Source of the DNA: Marsupella aquatica | Taxonomy: Eukaryota; Plantae; Marchantiophyta | NCBI GenBank assembly: GCA_973895155.1 | Contig: OZ316893.1 | Coordinates: 26,896,798-26,960,797, forward strand | Direction of reading: 5' to 3' | Length of the DNA stretch: 64,000 nt | Shown here: positions 50,773 to 64,000 of the stretch, piece by piece | Numbering within the stretch: the stretch's first letter is position 1 | Layout of the letters: each line of letters opens with the position of its first letter | Made by a program: the position numbers and the translations under genes | The notes under the pieces: generated by a model | What the model was told of the DNA's origin: nothing | Seen by the model: the letters and a program-made list of their open reading frames with translations, nothing else | Databases searched by the model: none

Positions 50773-51116
50773 CTTAAACCACACCTGCCCATATAGTAAC
50801 CTCATTCACTCCTTCACAACTCCTCACTCATATCCTGTGGTGAATACTCTTTTACCAGAAAAGGTAAAGCACTCACCATCAACTCCTCACTCATATCCTG
50901 TGGTGAATACTCTTTTACCAGAAAAGGTAAAGCACTCACCATCTGTTGTGGAGCTCAAGCCCATTCTTGAACATGTGCACTTTATAATGAGAGCTAGGGG
51001 TAACCTTTATAGGTGCACAAGTCCATTCTTGAACATGTGCACTTTATAATGAGAGCTAGGTTAACTTTATAATGAGAGCTAGGGGTAACCTTTATAGGTG
51101 CAGTTGTGATTTTAAG
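50773..51116 (+). mobile_element. MITE-like family copy with internal tandem duplications
   Basis: Ends CTTAAACCACACCTGC / GCAGTTGTGATTTTAAG are inverted; ~62-bp duplication in 50817-50943 and repeated ACTTTATAATGAGAGCTAGG. Confidence 0.65.
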
Positions 51117-51454
51117 CCCCATTGTTTGTCCACAAAACCTGGATGCACCAGGTTTCACCATTTTCAGTACCATTTTCTTGAAATTGTGGAACAAAGTATC
51201 ACCCTAGAGAAGAGTAATGTGAAAAAAGAGATAAGTTTTGGACACTTCTCTTTTTATATGGACAATGGTGGTTTAAGTAGACCATGAGAAATGAGAAAGG
51301 GGATTGCATATTGTGGTGTAGTGCTTACAATGGTGGGTCACAAACTGTGAGTCACCATGCATTCTTGAATCAAGTTTCAGTAAACAACAGTGAAATTGTT
51401 CATGTTTTTAGTTCAAAATCACACCTGTTCAGAATCACACTGGAACAAGCACGG

Positions 51455-51972
51455 TTGGTAACATTTTATTATACAAATAACAATAGAAGATTAGAATTTT
51501 TGGTGTGCTTTGCACCTTAGTGTCAATGAGGGCCTCTTTGTCGCGATTTTAATTTAGCAGATGCAAAATCACATTGGGACATTCACTGTTGGTAACATTT
51601 TATTATACACGAGCCCTATGCCAGTGAGTTGCTCTTCTGTGCAAGGAGGGCCGGTCCATAGGGAGTCGGGTCGGGGCATTTATGGGGCAGCGTGAAGCAC
51701 ATATGTGCCATGGGCGTGAAGCACATATGTGCCATGGGTGCACATTTATTCGATCAAAGTCAAGGAAAACAGTTAATCAAATTAGATGGCTGTTGATCCT
51801 TCCTGCCCAAGAGACTTTTTGTAATGGAAAGAAGTACTAAAAAATGTGGGGATCCCTTATTATTATAGTTGTAGATTTTATTTTATTTTACAAATACAAA
51901 ATTAGAGATTTTGGTGTGCTTTGCACCTTAGTGTCAATGAAGGCCTCGTTGTGGCGATTTTAATTTAGCAGA
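51455..51972. repeat. Local direct duplications upstream of the HOZ-like gene
   Basis: TTTTGGTGTGCTTTGCACCTTAGTGTCAATGA...GCGATTTTAATTTAGCAGA near 51498 and 51909; GCGTGAAGCACATATGTGCCATGGG twice near 51690-51738. Confidence 0.75.
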
Positions 51973-52051
51973 CGCCATTGCAATTGAAAGAAAAGGGCGA
52001 TTTTGAAAGCATTTCGTTCCATTGTGGTCCGCTCACCTCTGTACAGCAGCT

Positions 52052-55000
52052 ATGGCGGTCGCACGCGGAATGCTTCCCCTCTCGTCGGTCTTCATCCATT
52101 CTCCGAAATTGGGCGCATCGATCGACTTCGCCCCGACTGTGGGAACCTCACTGAAATTCTCAGGAATTTCCGCTCTCCTTTCTGCGGGTGGAGCCAGTCG
52201 TTTGGAAGCAGGGCACGGGAGGGACTGGACGACTCTGTGGAGCTCAAGCAATTCGGGGAAATTCGTCAATTGGAGTGACAGTTCTTCGAACTCGGGAGCG
52301 GTTTTCGGACAGAGAAGGGGGAGGGGTTTCTTTTCCATGGCAGCAGCTGCTTCTGAGGTGCGTTCTGCTGCAGGGCTGGGTGAAATTCCTGAACGGCGAA
52401 CGAATTGAGGATAAATTCTGCACTGTCTGATTTTCCCTTACATTCTATGTTGCATGACCGTCCTCTCGAAATTCAAATTGCGAAGCTCCGCCAGAAGGGA
52501 GCCCTGTGACGGTCCGCTCAAAAATTGCAGCCACGTCGAAGTAACTCAGTTTGACTCTTCGTCTTGATAACTTGGTTTTAGATTCCGCTGTTCACACAGT
52601 CGGGGTGAAGTCGATCGGAGAATGGATGAAGCCCTCACATGGATTAACACCAAGTTCTGCATAGACTTCCTTTATAAGACTCAAGGAATCTACGCGTGCA
52701 CTAATTTCCACTTTCTATTTTCCACTTTCTAATTTCCATTTTCTAGAAGCAATTTGAAATTCAAAGCCATAAGGGAGAGCTAACAAGTGATGAGGCCCGG
52801 CATCCGAGCAATCCAGATACTGGAAGGGCATGAACTGACGGATCAGTGATGCTACCGGGTCTCTCTGTTTGACATGACTGAGGATATAACCAACCTTAAG
52901 ATCAAAACGAGGTTTGGAGGAACTTGGTGGTGCCTATGGACGTGATGTGGCATTGAATAATTGTCAGGATCCCAATTTTTTACACAAGAGTCCTACTGAA
53001 TTGCGACTTTGGTTATATTTCTTATATTGTGGAGGACATTGGATGCCTTTGGATGGAACCTAACCTAAAGCAATATTTATGATGCTAATTCTCTTTCCAT
53101 GTAACGGAATAGCACTGCATTTTGGTTCTCGAACAGCTTTGGTCTAATGTGAATTCTCACTTAGTAGCATGGAAGGATGCTGGCAGTGTCTGTGCACTTC
53201 CTTCAGCCATGGTTATCTGACATTATAGACTCATATTCTTCATTCACGATATTGATATTTTGGTGGGCTTTGGATGCTGAGAATGATCTGATTTGCATCA
53301 GGATTGTTAGGAGGGCTGCCCTTGTGAAGCTCACAAAAAAAATTCGCTTTACGCAGGCTTTGGGGGTCTTTCGATAAGGCGAGGAGACATGTTTTGAGGA
53401 ATATGACTGAAAAGTTGTCCTTTATGATGCATGTGCAGACGTTGTCTCCAGCAGATGAAGCTGAATATAAGATACAAGAACAGATCCTTGCTCACCAGGT
53501 AGTTAATTACATTGGCGTTAATTTCTCGTCCTTATCTCAGTGGAAATTCAGTGCTGTGATTGGTCTGCCCTGTTGTCTTCAACTCTTCTTATATCTGTCG
53601 CCTCCTTCAATGTCTTCTTTGTCCACGGGATTGAATCTTGCTTCGGGGGTGCAGAAAGCAGCGGCAAAGCTGTCGCAACTAGAAGAAGCACGAACCCTAG
53701 TGCATCAAACCACGCTTGGGACACTATCGACGATTTCTCAGGTCTGGGTGTTTTTTTTCTGGTTTTTCAATTACTGAGATGGCTTCAGCCAAATGTAAGA
53801 TACCGATAGGAAAAGAATCTAAAATGACCTTCACTGCACCTGTGATGGCCCTGGTCGCGTCGTCTTGTTGGAGGGAGGCTTTTTTGGGGTCACTTGCAAC
53901 TGGGCTCTTTAAAGTCTATATGAATGTGTGACAGTGTGGTTTTGAAACGTTTCCTCATCTCTTAACGCTAGTGACCCTCCCGATTGCTCACGGAGTATCA
54001 TTTATGATGTCATTTGTTGATGTTTCTCGATGCTTGTATGGCCGGTTTCAGAAATATGATGGGTTTCCGGTTGCATCCATGGTCACTTACGCTACAGATG
54101 AGGATGGAAGTATAATTCTATGTATCAGCGCTTTATCTCCGCACACCAGAGTAAGTCTCGAACAAACACGATTACTTTCCCTTTTATGGTTTAGTATGGT
54201 ATTTGCTGATGGGGGAACTGCACCCGGATAGCTTTGCATCAGAGAATTGGATACATAGCTTCACTCTGAGTCTTTGACATGCGTTTGGTCTTGTAGGATT
54301 TGGAGCTAAATCCAAAGTGCTCCCTGCTGGTACCGAAAGATCCAACTGACAAAAGTGATACAGTTGTGACTATTGTTGGCGAGGCTCTCACGGTAGTACT
54401 CTAATCTTTCTACAATGGTGGAATGGTTTTCATTCATAGAATTCTTGATCTACTAAAGTAGCTATCCACAGGATCTCTTCTGGTTACATGCAAAGCATTC
54501 TCAGTTTTCTGTACAATCGTTCGGCGACTTTGAGTGAGAGGAAGCTTGGTAATATGGAAAGATTTTATCACGGAAAGTTTAGTTGCAGAAGGTTGAGTGA
54601 AGGTTTGTACACCGGCTAGTTGACGTTCTAAAATAACACGAACAAAGTCGTCCACCACTGTTGTTATATACCGCTGCTCTTCTCCACCGCTGTTCTTTGG
54701 CCCTCTTATAGATCCTTTCAGTTCAGTCCCCGAATGTGGCTTGTCGTGATATCCAACTTATGCAAAATTGAACTTTCCCTCACATATAGGTGTCTGACCA
54801 AGATGAAAGTTCTGTGCGTGCTGCCTTTCTGAAAAGGCATCCTGGGGCTTTTTGGGTAAGATTGGACATGCCTAAACTTTTATCATATGGAACTTTTGGT
54901 CTACTCCTGTCACTCTGAAGCTATCGGTTCTGAACGCTGTTCCTCGTAGAATGCCTTTCATTTTTGAATCCGCAAATGCTGAATTCCGATCTGTTTGATG

Positions 55001-56913
55001 AGAAATGATCAAAATTCCTTGGTTTTATAGAACGGATATGCACTGTGATGGCCAAGGCTAAGGCCAAAAAGTGTGTTTTCAATTTGGCACTTTGGTTTTC
55101 AATCTGCAGGTTGACTTTGGGGACTTCAGATTTGTTCGTATTCAACCCAGGAAGGTTCGATATGTGTCAGGAATAGCGACAGGTTTTGCCGCTGTTGGAG
55201 GTCAGTTTACTTGTTCTATCAGGTTGATTTTTTAGATATGAGGTTTGCACAGATACAACGAAGAAAATTCCACTATATTTGTACTGGCAATAAATGTTGA
55301 TACTGGCAGATCATTCTACTTGGATTGGGTAGAACTACGCATCCAAAAGCATGTACTAGACACATCCATCCTGCCCACAAAAACATTGGATACTCTCACC
55401 TCGCCGTCCCTGCAAGTTCTAAAGAGCCTGATGACCAAGCGCGGGCTCATACTCTTTCCTAAGTGCTCACGTATTTAATTGTGGGCAGTGCGGATAGAGC
55501 ACGGGGTCACTGTCAAAGAGAGTTTCCCTGCACCGTTCTCTTTGGAGGTTCACTTTTTATGTCACCCTTTGAAATGAAAGCCAAATGTGGACTGAACAAA
55601 TTGTGTTCTCCATCCGGTCATTGCAGAGTTTACAGGTGAACTGTACCAAGCTGCAAATGTTGACCCCATCTCTCAATTTGGAGCAGCAATTGCAGTTCTG
55701 TGTTGCTTTCTGTCTCGCCCTTGTTTCGCAGCTATTTCATTCCAGCAGTTTGTTCCCGGAGAGACGTCAGTTTTTATTTCTGAACTTGCGATCTAGAATT
55801 TGAAAGGTTGAGTCCGCTGACGCAGTGATATACTGATGACTATGATTATACAGGGTCACATGAACAGGGATCATTCTGATCAAACTGCACAAATTGTGGG
55901 GAGCAGTCTTGGAGTTAAGGTACAGTCATTGCAATCCAAAGTTCTCAAAGAAAAGTTTTCAGATTCTTCATGACCAGAATCATGTATCTTGACGGTTAAT
56001 CTCGTCCATGCAATTTTGTAAGCGGATGTGTTGAATGGTGGGACGGTCTTTATCAGTTGGTATCTCTCAGCCTCCAGTCATACAGAAATAGTGAGTAGAA
56101 AGTGGGTAGGACATGGTCGGGTCTACGTCTACTCAGTTCCAGTAGGTGAAAACCGTACTCACAACGCAATTGTTTTCTCAGGTAGATTCTGCTCTGATTC
56201 AAGACGTGGACAAGTACGGGTTCGGTGTTCTGGTAATCACAAACAATCATTCTTTGTTAGGGGGATGGCACCCTTGATTGTCATGTGTGCATCCATGGTT
56301 AGAGAGGCCTATGGCTGGAAGTCAGATGTTCCCGAGTTATTGTTTTTTAGATTAGTCGAGGAAGAGCGTATTAGCACTTGTGGAATTCTTGACAGGGGGC
56401 ACTTGGAGAGCTAGAGATAATTGTGCAATTTTCTTGATACGCATTTTACAAACATGATGAATTATATCTCGGCTGTGTTGGGATTCACGCTAATGCAAAG
56501 TATGTAGAACGGCCATATTCATCGTTATTTTGGGATGTGCAGGCAAAACGTCAAGGGAAACCTATCAAGCTACGTATTCCATTCCCTCGACCTGCTGAGG
56601 ACCGGAAGTAAGTCTCTGAACGCCACACCCACTTCCTGTATGCACTTCCTGTATGGGTTGTAAAGTCATTGCAACTCAATTGTGGATGCTTCTTTTGTAC
56701 CTCGTCTCTTCAAAACTAATTTGTCATACCAGTTCTACCAGGAATTGCACAACTTACAAAACCACCACTCTTAGTGCGGCAGATAATTATTTTCATCTTT
56801 CATGTCTTTTGAATTGGATTTTGATACACTGTTGTTCTCTGATATGTACCTTTTGTGCGCACAGAGCTGTGAAAACACTTATAGTTGAAATGTTGACACC
56901 AAAGGACAGCTAA
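52052..56913 (+). CDS. Plastid-targeted pyridoxamine 5'-phosphate oxidase-like split-barrel protein (HugZ homolog, HOZ-like), multi-exon
   Basis: Transit-peptide exon 52052-52357; spliced product ...AHQ|KAAAKLSQLEEARTL...LSTISQ|KYDGFPVASMV...SPHTR|DLELNPKCSLLV...HPGAFW|VDFGDFRFVRIQP...HMNRDH...LRIPFPRPAEDRK|AVKTLIVEML; GT-AG junctions. Confidence 0.88.
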
Positions 56914-57204
56914 ACCATCTACACCAATGAAATATTTGGATGGTTGGATCTTTCAATTTAGAGGCGTGGTATAATAGATGCCATTATGCTTCAAGTGTAC
57001 AAAAGAAGGGTACAGCGATTCATGGCCTTCAGGCGAGTGCTGGAGTCCAATGCATGGAAGTGGGTTGCAGCAATTTATACCATTGGGCAATTAAACCCTT
57101 CTTTCCAAATTTGCTTGTCATTTTATTACAAGAGACAACTTGGTGATTATAAGATCTCCCTCCATAGCAGATGCACATATTAAAACAACAGATAAGCCGA
57201 GCCA

Positions 57205-57303
57205 ATATTGACCCGGTTGTACAAAAAGAGTCCAAAAAAGCCAGTATTGACCGGGTTGTACAAACAGAGTCCAGAAAAACCCAGAATTGATGGGTTGTAT
57301 AAA
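57205..57303. repeat. ~40-bp tandem repeat, about 2.5 copies
   Basis: ATTGACC.GGTTGTACAAA.AGAGTCCA.AAAA.CCAG repeated. Confidence 0.75.
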
Positions 57304-57554
57304 AGTAGGGCCCTTGACCTAACTATAACAGTAGATATGCATTCCTCTTAGGAGAATCAGCTGATATTACTGATTAGTCCAAAAATGGGGGGTTAATTCC
57401 TCTCAGGAGAATCAGGATGAAAATCAGTACCAGTCAGATTTTTCTTGAGCAAAATGAATCCAATTTTTCATTTCAGAACAAAGCCCAAAATATGAAGAAA
57501 AAATGCTTCAAATTTAGAAACAGATACAGTGAACTTTCTCCTTTCTCTTTCCTC

Positions 57555-60500
57555 TCACAATTCTCCTGGAACTTGTAGTGACAACTGAGGTGGTGCAATC
57601 ACCAAATTTTTCTACCCACACACACCATTTACTAGTGTAATTTGTGACAACTTCCGTGCAATTTCGGATCTTCTTATCTTCTAATGAAACTGGACTATGG
57701 ATACGAATAAATATACTGCATCAGACTCACATGATACATCTATCTCCTTGGGATTGAAATATTGAAATCTACAACCACAACTACCGTTTTGAGGAAGGTC
57801 TGATGACCTTAGTCAAGAAGCCTAGTCATTCATGATTGTACCTCTTCTGAGATAGGATGATAAAATTCCAACTGCCATGCATGTAAGAGATAACCAGTGT
57901 CACCTGGCAGTGCTGTGCTTGGTCTTGTGTACCCCCTGGATGAGATGAAATGTACATCAGTTTGCATTCTTAGACAACATTGAGTGCGGTATTCACCTAA
58001 AACCACAGACTGACGATTCATCAGTAAAGACTAACACCACAGGACACAGCAAAGCGATTTCTGCTTGTGAAGAGAGTATGCTCGTGCAATCTAATCCGCA
58101 TTTGAACCCTTGCAAATTAAGGTATTACTTTCCTCCTACTGGAACCACTATGCAAAGTAAATGACAGTCAAATCCGCACCACTCACCCATCATCTTCAAG
58201 GGTGGAACTCTGATGAGCACTTTCAGTAAGACTGCCTTCCAAGTGTTCAGAGGGTCTCCCACCAGCAACATAAAGAGGATCACCTGTATGGCAAACAACA
58301 AATGAGGTAGCAGCAACATATTATGCGCTCTTAATATAAACATCCACTTCTTTTTCTTAAATGGAAACCTCAAGCGGTGCAATTGGCTTGAAAGGAACAC
58401 CCTCAGTTTTAGTATTTTTTGTAATACTTCAATAAAGGTCCCATAGTATCAACAACAGATAAGCCACTAAGGGCCCTACACTAAGATTTGAACAGGAGGC
58501 CCGCTAAAGAGCAGGACTAGTGAGAATGAACATCCACTTTTGCAGATACCAGGAAAATACCTTCCTATCTACCTTTCATAATTGAAGGGCAGAGGTCATG
58601 GTTAGGCAACCTTGCCAAGATAAAAGAACTTGAAGACAAACCTAACAGTGGATGACCTATACTGGCCAGATGTATTCGAATCTGATGGGGTCTTCCAGTC
58701 AAAATTTCCACCTGAACAGTACAGACGACGACTCATTGCTCATCTGACAATCCATAGAAAGCAAAAATTATGCACTATTAAATCAATAACTATATTCAAA
58801 GAATTTTGATCAGAAAGATGGGGGCTATGGGCGGAGTGAATTGCAAATGCACAGGGGCTACAAGACATGAGAGCAAAATTCAGGGGATAATATTTGAACT
58901 TGAGAAGGACAGAATCACAACCATAACGTTGACATACCTGAACTAAAGTACAGTTGTCTTGTTTGTTGCACTGGAGAACAACTAATGTGGAAAGCGATGG
59001 CTTTCCTGGAAGTTTTTAAAAATGCCAAAGATGTCCCAAGTGATGAATATGGAGAATCTGAACCAAATCCCAACTCAACCAATGATCTTACAAATACAAA
59101 AGCAAAAGAAACTGCCTTGATATTACACTGATGTTGACACAAAATATATGCTATTGCTTAAGGATCAGTCTACATTCATTCGGAAGGGAAATCTTTTGCA
59201 TCACCTGTTGTGGAGGCCATATACAGTCCTCTTGCAACTCCCAGATATGGAACCCGTCCTATTGGTTGATTGATGGTGATCTGCAACGACGCGGAAATGA
59301 CACACACCATTCCATGTCATGTTGACAATGAAGGGTCAGACTCTTGAATAAGGGACCCAAAAACTTTGTGAAGTTATCAGTCCAAAGCAAACACTTGGAT
59401 ATTCACAAACTTCATCGGGTTTTTAAGAAACGCCTTTCACTCACATCCAACAACTTCTTTGGGCAATTCTGGTATGATTCTACTCACAAGTACTTTGTAT
59501 AGGCACGTTTGTTTCATGGAGAGCCTGTTCTCACTGTCAGTGCTATATAAATCAGATTGAGAGCACCAGTACATATATTGGCTGTCAGTAGCAGCTATTT
59601 CATGCTTTCTAACGTGATTCAAGCTTCTCAAACCCCGCCATTTCATCCTTAGCCTGTTAAGATTGTCAGCATGTGTGAATATGCTCACCTGCCTGAGGTG
59701 CTTTCCGTTCCTTCTGCTAGGTCAACTGCAAGTTTGGATTTTGCTTGAGGTGTTTTTGCACATAGAAGTACTCCTGATGACAGGCAAATTGATACATCAA
59801 CCTAGAATAAATGGCATCCTACAAAGTGTTCAATGTAGACAGAGATAAACGGATCACACAAAAGTGTGCATGGAGCATCCATTCATAAGTAGTATGGCAT
59901 GATTATATTGATAATAATGGCAGTTGTATGAACATATTTTAACGAGCTAACCAGATGTGCCTCTCCCCAAACGGGTCCCCAAACTATGAATTGGAGAAGT
60001 AGTGCATGGTCCATTAGAAGCTGGTGAAGGACTGGGGCATTCAAACTTTGCAACATTATAGTCTCTCCATTGGAGTTGTGTCAATACAGTTCTTTGCTGG
60101 AAAAGACTGCCTGGTAGAACCTGAAGCCCTAGTAGCTTGTTCAGGACAACTGGTATCAAATTCAAGATCACAGCTGCTAATTAATGTGTGAGAGCAGAAA
60201 GCGGCCAATTCAGAGAATTTATTCGCCTGAAGTGTGTTTGAAGAAAACAACAGCTCACTACCCTGTCTGTTTTTCCAAATCCCCAACATCATCACATGAG
60301 CTATTGTGGTCATGTGATCTTTCATTAAATCCCCATCTCATTAGTGAGTAGCTTACGCACATAAAGTACAAGTATTATGTATCAGCATAAGTTCCAAAAG
60401 TTTCCATCTGCCTTAAACCAAGGTGCAATTCCTACCAAATCATTGTTTTCATGAACAACTTGCAACACATGCGGTGCAGCAGGTTCTCTCCAGGGTAGCC

Positions 60501-60801
60501 AATGAAACTTGAGAGTAGCTCCCAACTTGCCAGCGCAACAATAGATATTTAGCTAATTTAGCTCATTAAGAATGCTTGTGAAGGAGGAAACCTACACAAT
60601 ATACAACCCTGGTTTGGTGGATACCCAACACTAGAATCTATTATGTGAATGGGTAAAGGAAATGCACTTTTTCCAGCAGAATCATTGACTCGTGGCAATA
60701 TACAATCACGCATTCAAGGAGTAACATACAAAACATAAATGTTGAGGCTGGGATGACCTTAGAGTGACATTTGGTTCACTGGCAACCACTCCATCCACCT
60801 G
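57555..60801 (-). pseudogene. RluA/RPUSD-family RNA pseudouridine synthase (plant PUS5-like), probably pseudogenised; 5' exon not found
   Basis: Exons give IQVDG..., HWLPWREPAAPHVLQVVHENNDL, LNKLLGLQVLPGSLFQQRTVLTQLQW, RLGRGTSG|VLLCAKT, INQPIG, GKPSLS, TGRPHQIRIHLASIGHPLL|GDPL, GYLLHAWQLEFYHP; exon 58187-58258 has no AG acceptor and is out of phase with the next exon. Confidence 0.75.
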
Positions 60802-60883
60802 TATCTGCTGACACCAGGGTCCACTAATCTTTATTTATCTAGGAATCTAAACTCTTCAAATGGAAACAAGTGACACCAACAGA

Positions 60884-60929
60884 AGGCACTTGATTCATAA
60901 GGCACTTGATTCATAAGGCACTTGATTCA
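60884..60929. repeat. 16-bp tandem repeat, about 3 copies
   Basis: AGGCACTTGATTCATA repeated. Confidence 0.85.
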
Positions 60930-63476
60930 ATGGATTCAGTGGCTTAGGTCCAACTGGCCTAGGTCCAACTGGCTCAGGTCAGTTGGCTAGGTCTAGTAAC
61001 TTCACATAACAATATGATATATGCGGTGTATCATAAACCTAACTATTTTCTTTAAATCAATGAGTGCACACCATATATGACCACATTTTAATGTGTGATT
61101 ACCGGCATGGCAATTGGCTAGGGGATTAGCCCAGAACTGAAAGGTACCAGGTTGAATCCTATGTGTGTGGGGGGATGGGTTTTGTGAGTAGTGGGTGAGA
61201 GTTCTAATTATCTCCTCAGCCCCTGGTTGTCCACTTTGCGGCCCTGGTCTAATTCTCCTTCCCTCCTGGTGCTTTCCCTGTTGCGTCCATGAGGACTCAC
61301 CATGGAATGGGTTCACTACAATGAATGTATGTTGCTATTGGGCGGGCTATTGGGGTGGGGAGAGACTACTAAGTTTTCCTCCTCATTTCCATTCAAGACA
61401 ACAAAAAATAGATAATCAATTGGCTTGAAATGCATCTGGGAAGTGTCAAATGGTAATCCTCAAGAACGTGGCATTTTTCTTCTCATCCCTCTCAAGTATA
61501 TGGCTATGTTGTAATTTCTAAATCAGTGCTTAGTTTTCCAGTTAGGAAGATATTTTGGATTCCCAGATTCCCATACCTTATCTTCCACAAAACTAAATAT
61601 GGTCCTAGTAAAGTTGGATGAAAGTGTGACACTAGTTACGGATCCCCATCAGAAGTGTATTCCAAATTTCCTGGCTCCATGTGCGACCACATCAACCCTT
61701 TTCATCACAAACAGGGATGTCTATGTTTGCGACAAGATACATATCAATGTGTGTGTTTGACTCAAGGCCACAAAAACAGTTACACCTAGAAATTGTAAGA
61801 AACAACCTGTGACAACAAACAGCAATAAGAAAAAAATAACAGCATAAATAAGTTGTCAAATTTTTGAGATTGATGGATGGGATCTGTTGATGATTAACAG
61901 TACGCATGCACATTGAACTAACGGTACTTTAAGTTTGTCAGGTATTTTTTAAATTTTCATGGGGTTCTTTCTGTGATACGTGGGTACGTCATCATCCTAA
62001 GTAGCATCAAAAGAGTGTTTCAGCCCTAACTTTGTAGACTCAAGTTTGTATGGTGCTACCTAGCTTGCGGACCTACTCACCATACAAAATTGAAGAAAAT
62101 GGATTGCCAAAACTTTCCAATGGTCCTTATCGAACCAATCAGATGGAAAAGAAAAAAAGTGGGACCGTGGGAGTCAGGGAGGAAAAAACACTGCAACTCT
62201 GCTGATTGACATGAAATTAATGATTTGGCACATTCATTTGTATCCAAACAGAATTAATTGAGGGCAACTTGAATGGATCACCAGTGAAAGGTTGTGTAAG
62301 AGACAAATGACAATGAGCACCTACCTTCTACAACATACTAACACCACTATGAGTCAGTGAAAATAAATCACTGACCAAAGATGAGAAAAATAGACTTTGA
62401 GTGTAAATATGAACTCGTTGTACCCCCCGTTGTACCCTATCTACATGATTACTGGATTGATGACCCTTAGGTGGCTGACCCTTATCCACTCTCGGCCAAG
62501 GCTGTTTGTTGGCAATCCGGGGGTCCATTGGGCAGGTTTTTGGCATTGGATTGTTGTGTTCTCTGGCCCTTGGGTTTATTTTTCTCTATGCCTTGCTAAA
62601 GTACAGGGGGCCCATTGTTGCCTTTACTGGAAAATTAAGATTAACAAATGTACATTTTCAGAAAGTTGTATCTTAATTATCTATATTTAAGTTCCTATGT
62701 GTATAGCTGTCATCTCTTAGTTCTCAAATATACTTTTCACTTGGCAACCTACTTCTGATCAAAGATACTGAATTTTTAAAAATATTTTGTTTTGACATTA
62801 AACTAGGAAACTTTTGGCTTTTCCCTGCACCTCTTGCTTCTCCCTCTGGACGTATATCGTGTGCCGAGAGCCCCACTAGCTCAAGATGATTGGAGATCAA
62901 TTGGTACAGACCTAGTGAGGCCCTAGACATACAATAGTTCCTCCCAATTTATCCAATTTTCCAATTTATGTTAATCTCCGATCACTTTTCATCTTCTATT
63001 TATTGAGGTGACACGTGTACCAAAGAAAATTATGCTTTAAGATGAATCATTTTTTGTAAAACAAGTGTGGACTGTACAATAACTTTGTTATTACCTCTAG
63101 GGTAAAGGCCGGGTACCAAAGGCTTATGATTGTAAGCCACTCAATCCCCAAGGGCAGGGGCCCAAGGAGTGTAGCTCTGGCTTGTCAACCTCCACTTCTT
63201 CAGATTTACTGTGCATAACATCAATAGAAGATCTTCACTTTGATTCAATTTGTGACAGATTCTTGTTGAAATGGTTGCTGTGTCATCATTAAAGTGGATC
63301 ATATTTGTAACTTTCTCAATAAGCCCTGGTAGGGGGGCATTACATTTGTAAGGCCTGATCCTTGAGGACTGGAGCCCTAGGGGAAGGGTGGGCTACAACC
63401 ATCAGATTCTATAATTCCGGGTTTAAGATAAAAACGTAAGGTCATTGAAATTAGCCAAAACAAAGTGTATCATCAA

Positions 63477-63648
63477 TATGGATAATGGTGGTCCTATGGA
63501 ACCCATGATGTCTCGAGCTAACTATCCAAAGACCCCAACAAACTTATGATTCTCCCTAATATCAGTATGGATAGTGGTGGTCCTAGGGAACCCATGATGT
63601 CTCGGGCTACCTATCCAAAGAGCCCATCAAACTTATGAGTCTCCCTAT
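63477..63648. repeat. 89-bp tandem duplication
   Basis: TATGGATA.TGGTGGTCCTA.GGAACCCATGATGTCTCG.GCTA.CTATCCAAAGA.CCCA.CAAACTTATGA.TCTCCCTA twice. Confidence 0.85.
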
Positions 63649-64000
63649 ATAGCATGCTCATCCTGGAACATGCTTTATTTTTTGTCTTGTAGTGATCTGA
63701 AAGTAAATAAAATATGAGAGCATAGAAGTGCTGTTATATAAGTAAAGTGTCTACCAAGAAAAGCAGAGTGACCAAGAAAAGGTACAGTCAAACGATGCTA
63801 CGATGTGTGCAGTTACCTCAGGGTGGGTGCCTTATGAATGACACTCCTTTCAATAAAAACCATAAACCTAGGAAATAAAAACATGAGGAGAACTTAAGAG
63901 GCTATGCATTCATGTTCTTCAGCATCATTTCTCTCACTCGTGGTGGTGGAGCCATTGGTTTCATCTCTAAGAAAACTCATACTGTGAAAGGGGGCTGCCA

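Overview
Eukaryotic, intron-containing land-plant DNA, probably a bryophyte or other non-seed plant (moss-like PLS PPR remnants, RPK2-type receptor kinase). Host genes: an 8-exon rolling-stone/FAR-17a-like membrane protein (1154-4990, +), OMA1-like M48 protease (20168-22939, +), intronless RPK2-like LRR-RLK (47005-49623, +), a plastid HugZ/HOZ-like split-barrel protein (52052-56913, +), a damaged RluA-type pseudouridine synthase (57555-~60801, -) and a shattered PPR pseudogene (~10.8-13.4 kb). The centre (25931-44305, - strand) is a nest of two diverged Ty3/gypsy-type retroelements with the same unusual polyprotein: Gag(2 Zn knuckles)-aspartic protease-DNMT3-like C5 cytosine methyltransferase-RT-RNase H-integrase-PHD finger. 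The inner element (30331-39896) sits inside the methyltransferase domain of the outer one with a 4-bp target duplication (GACA), and removing it restores the reading frame. Both elements start 5'-TGTCA and end CACGACA-3', and by eye neither has long terminal direct repeats, although each keeps a PPT-like G run near the 3' end and a TGG-starting PBS-like stem next to gag. Both copies are decayed by stops and frameshifts. All calls come from reading the sequence; no searches or alignments were run.
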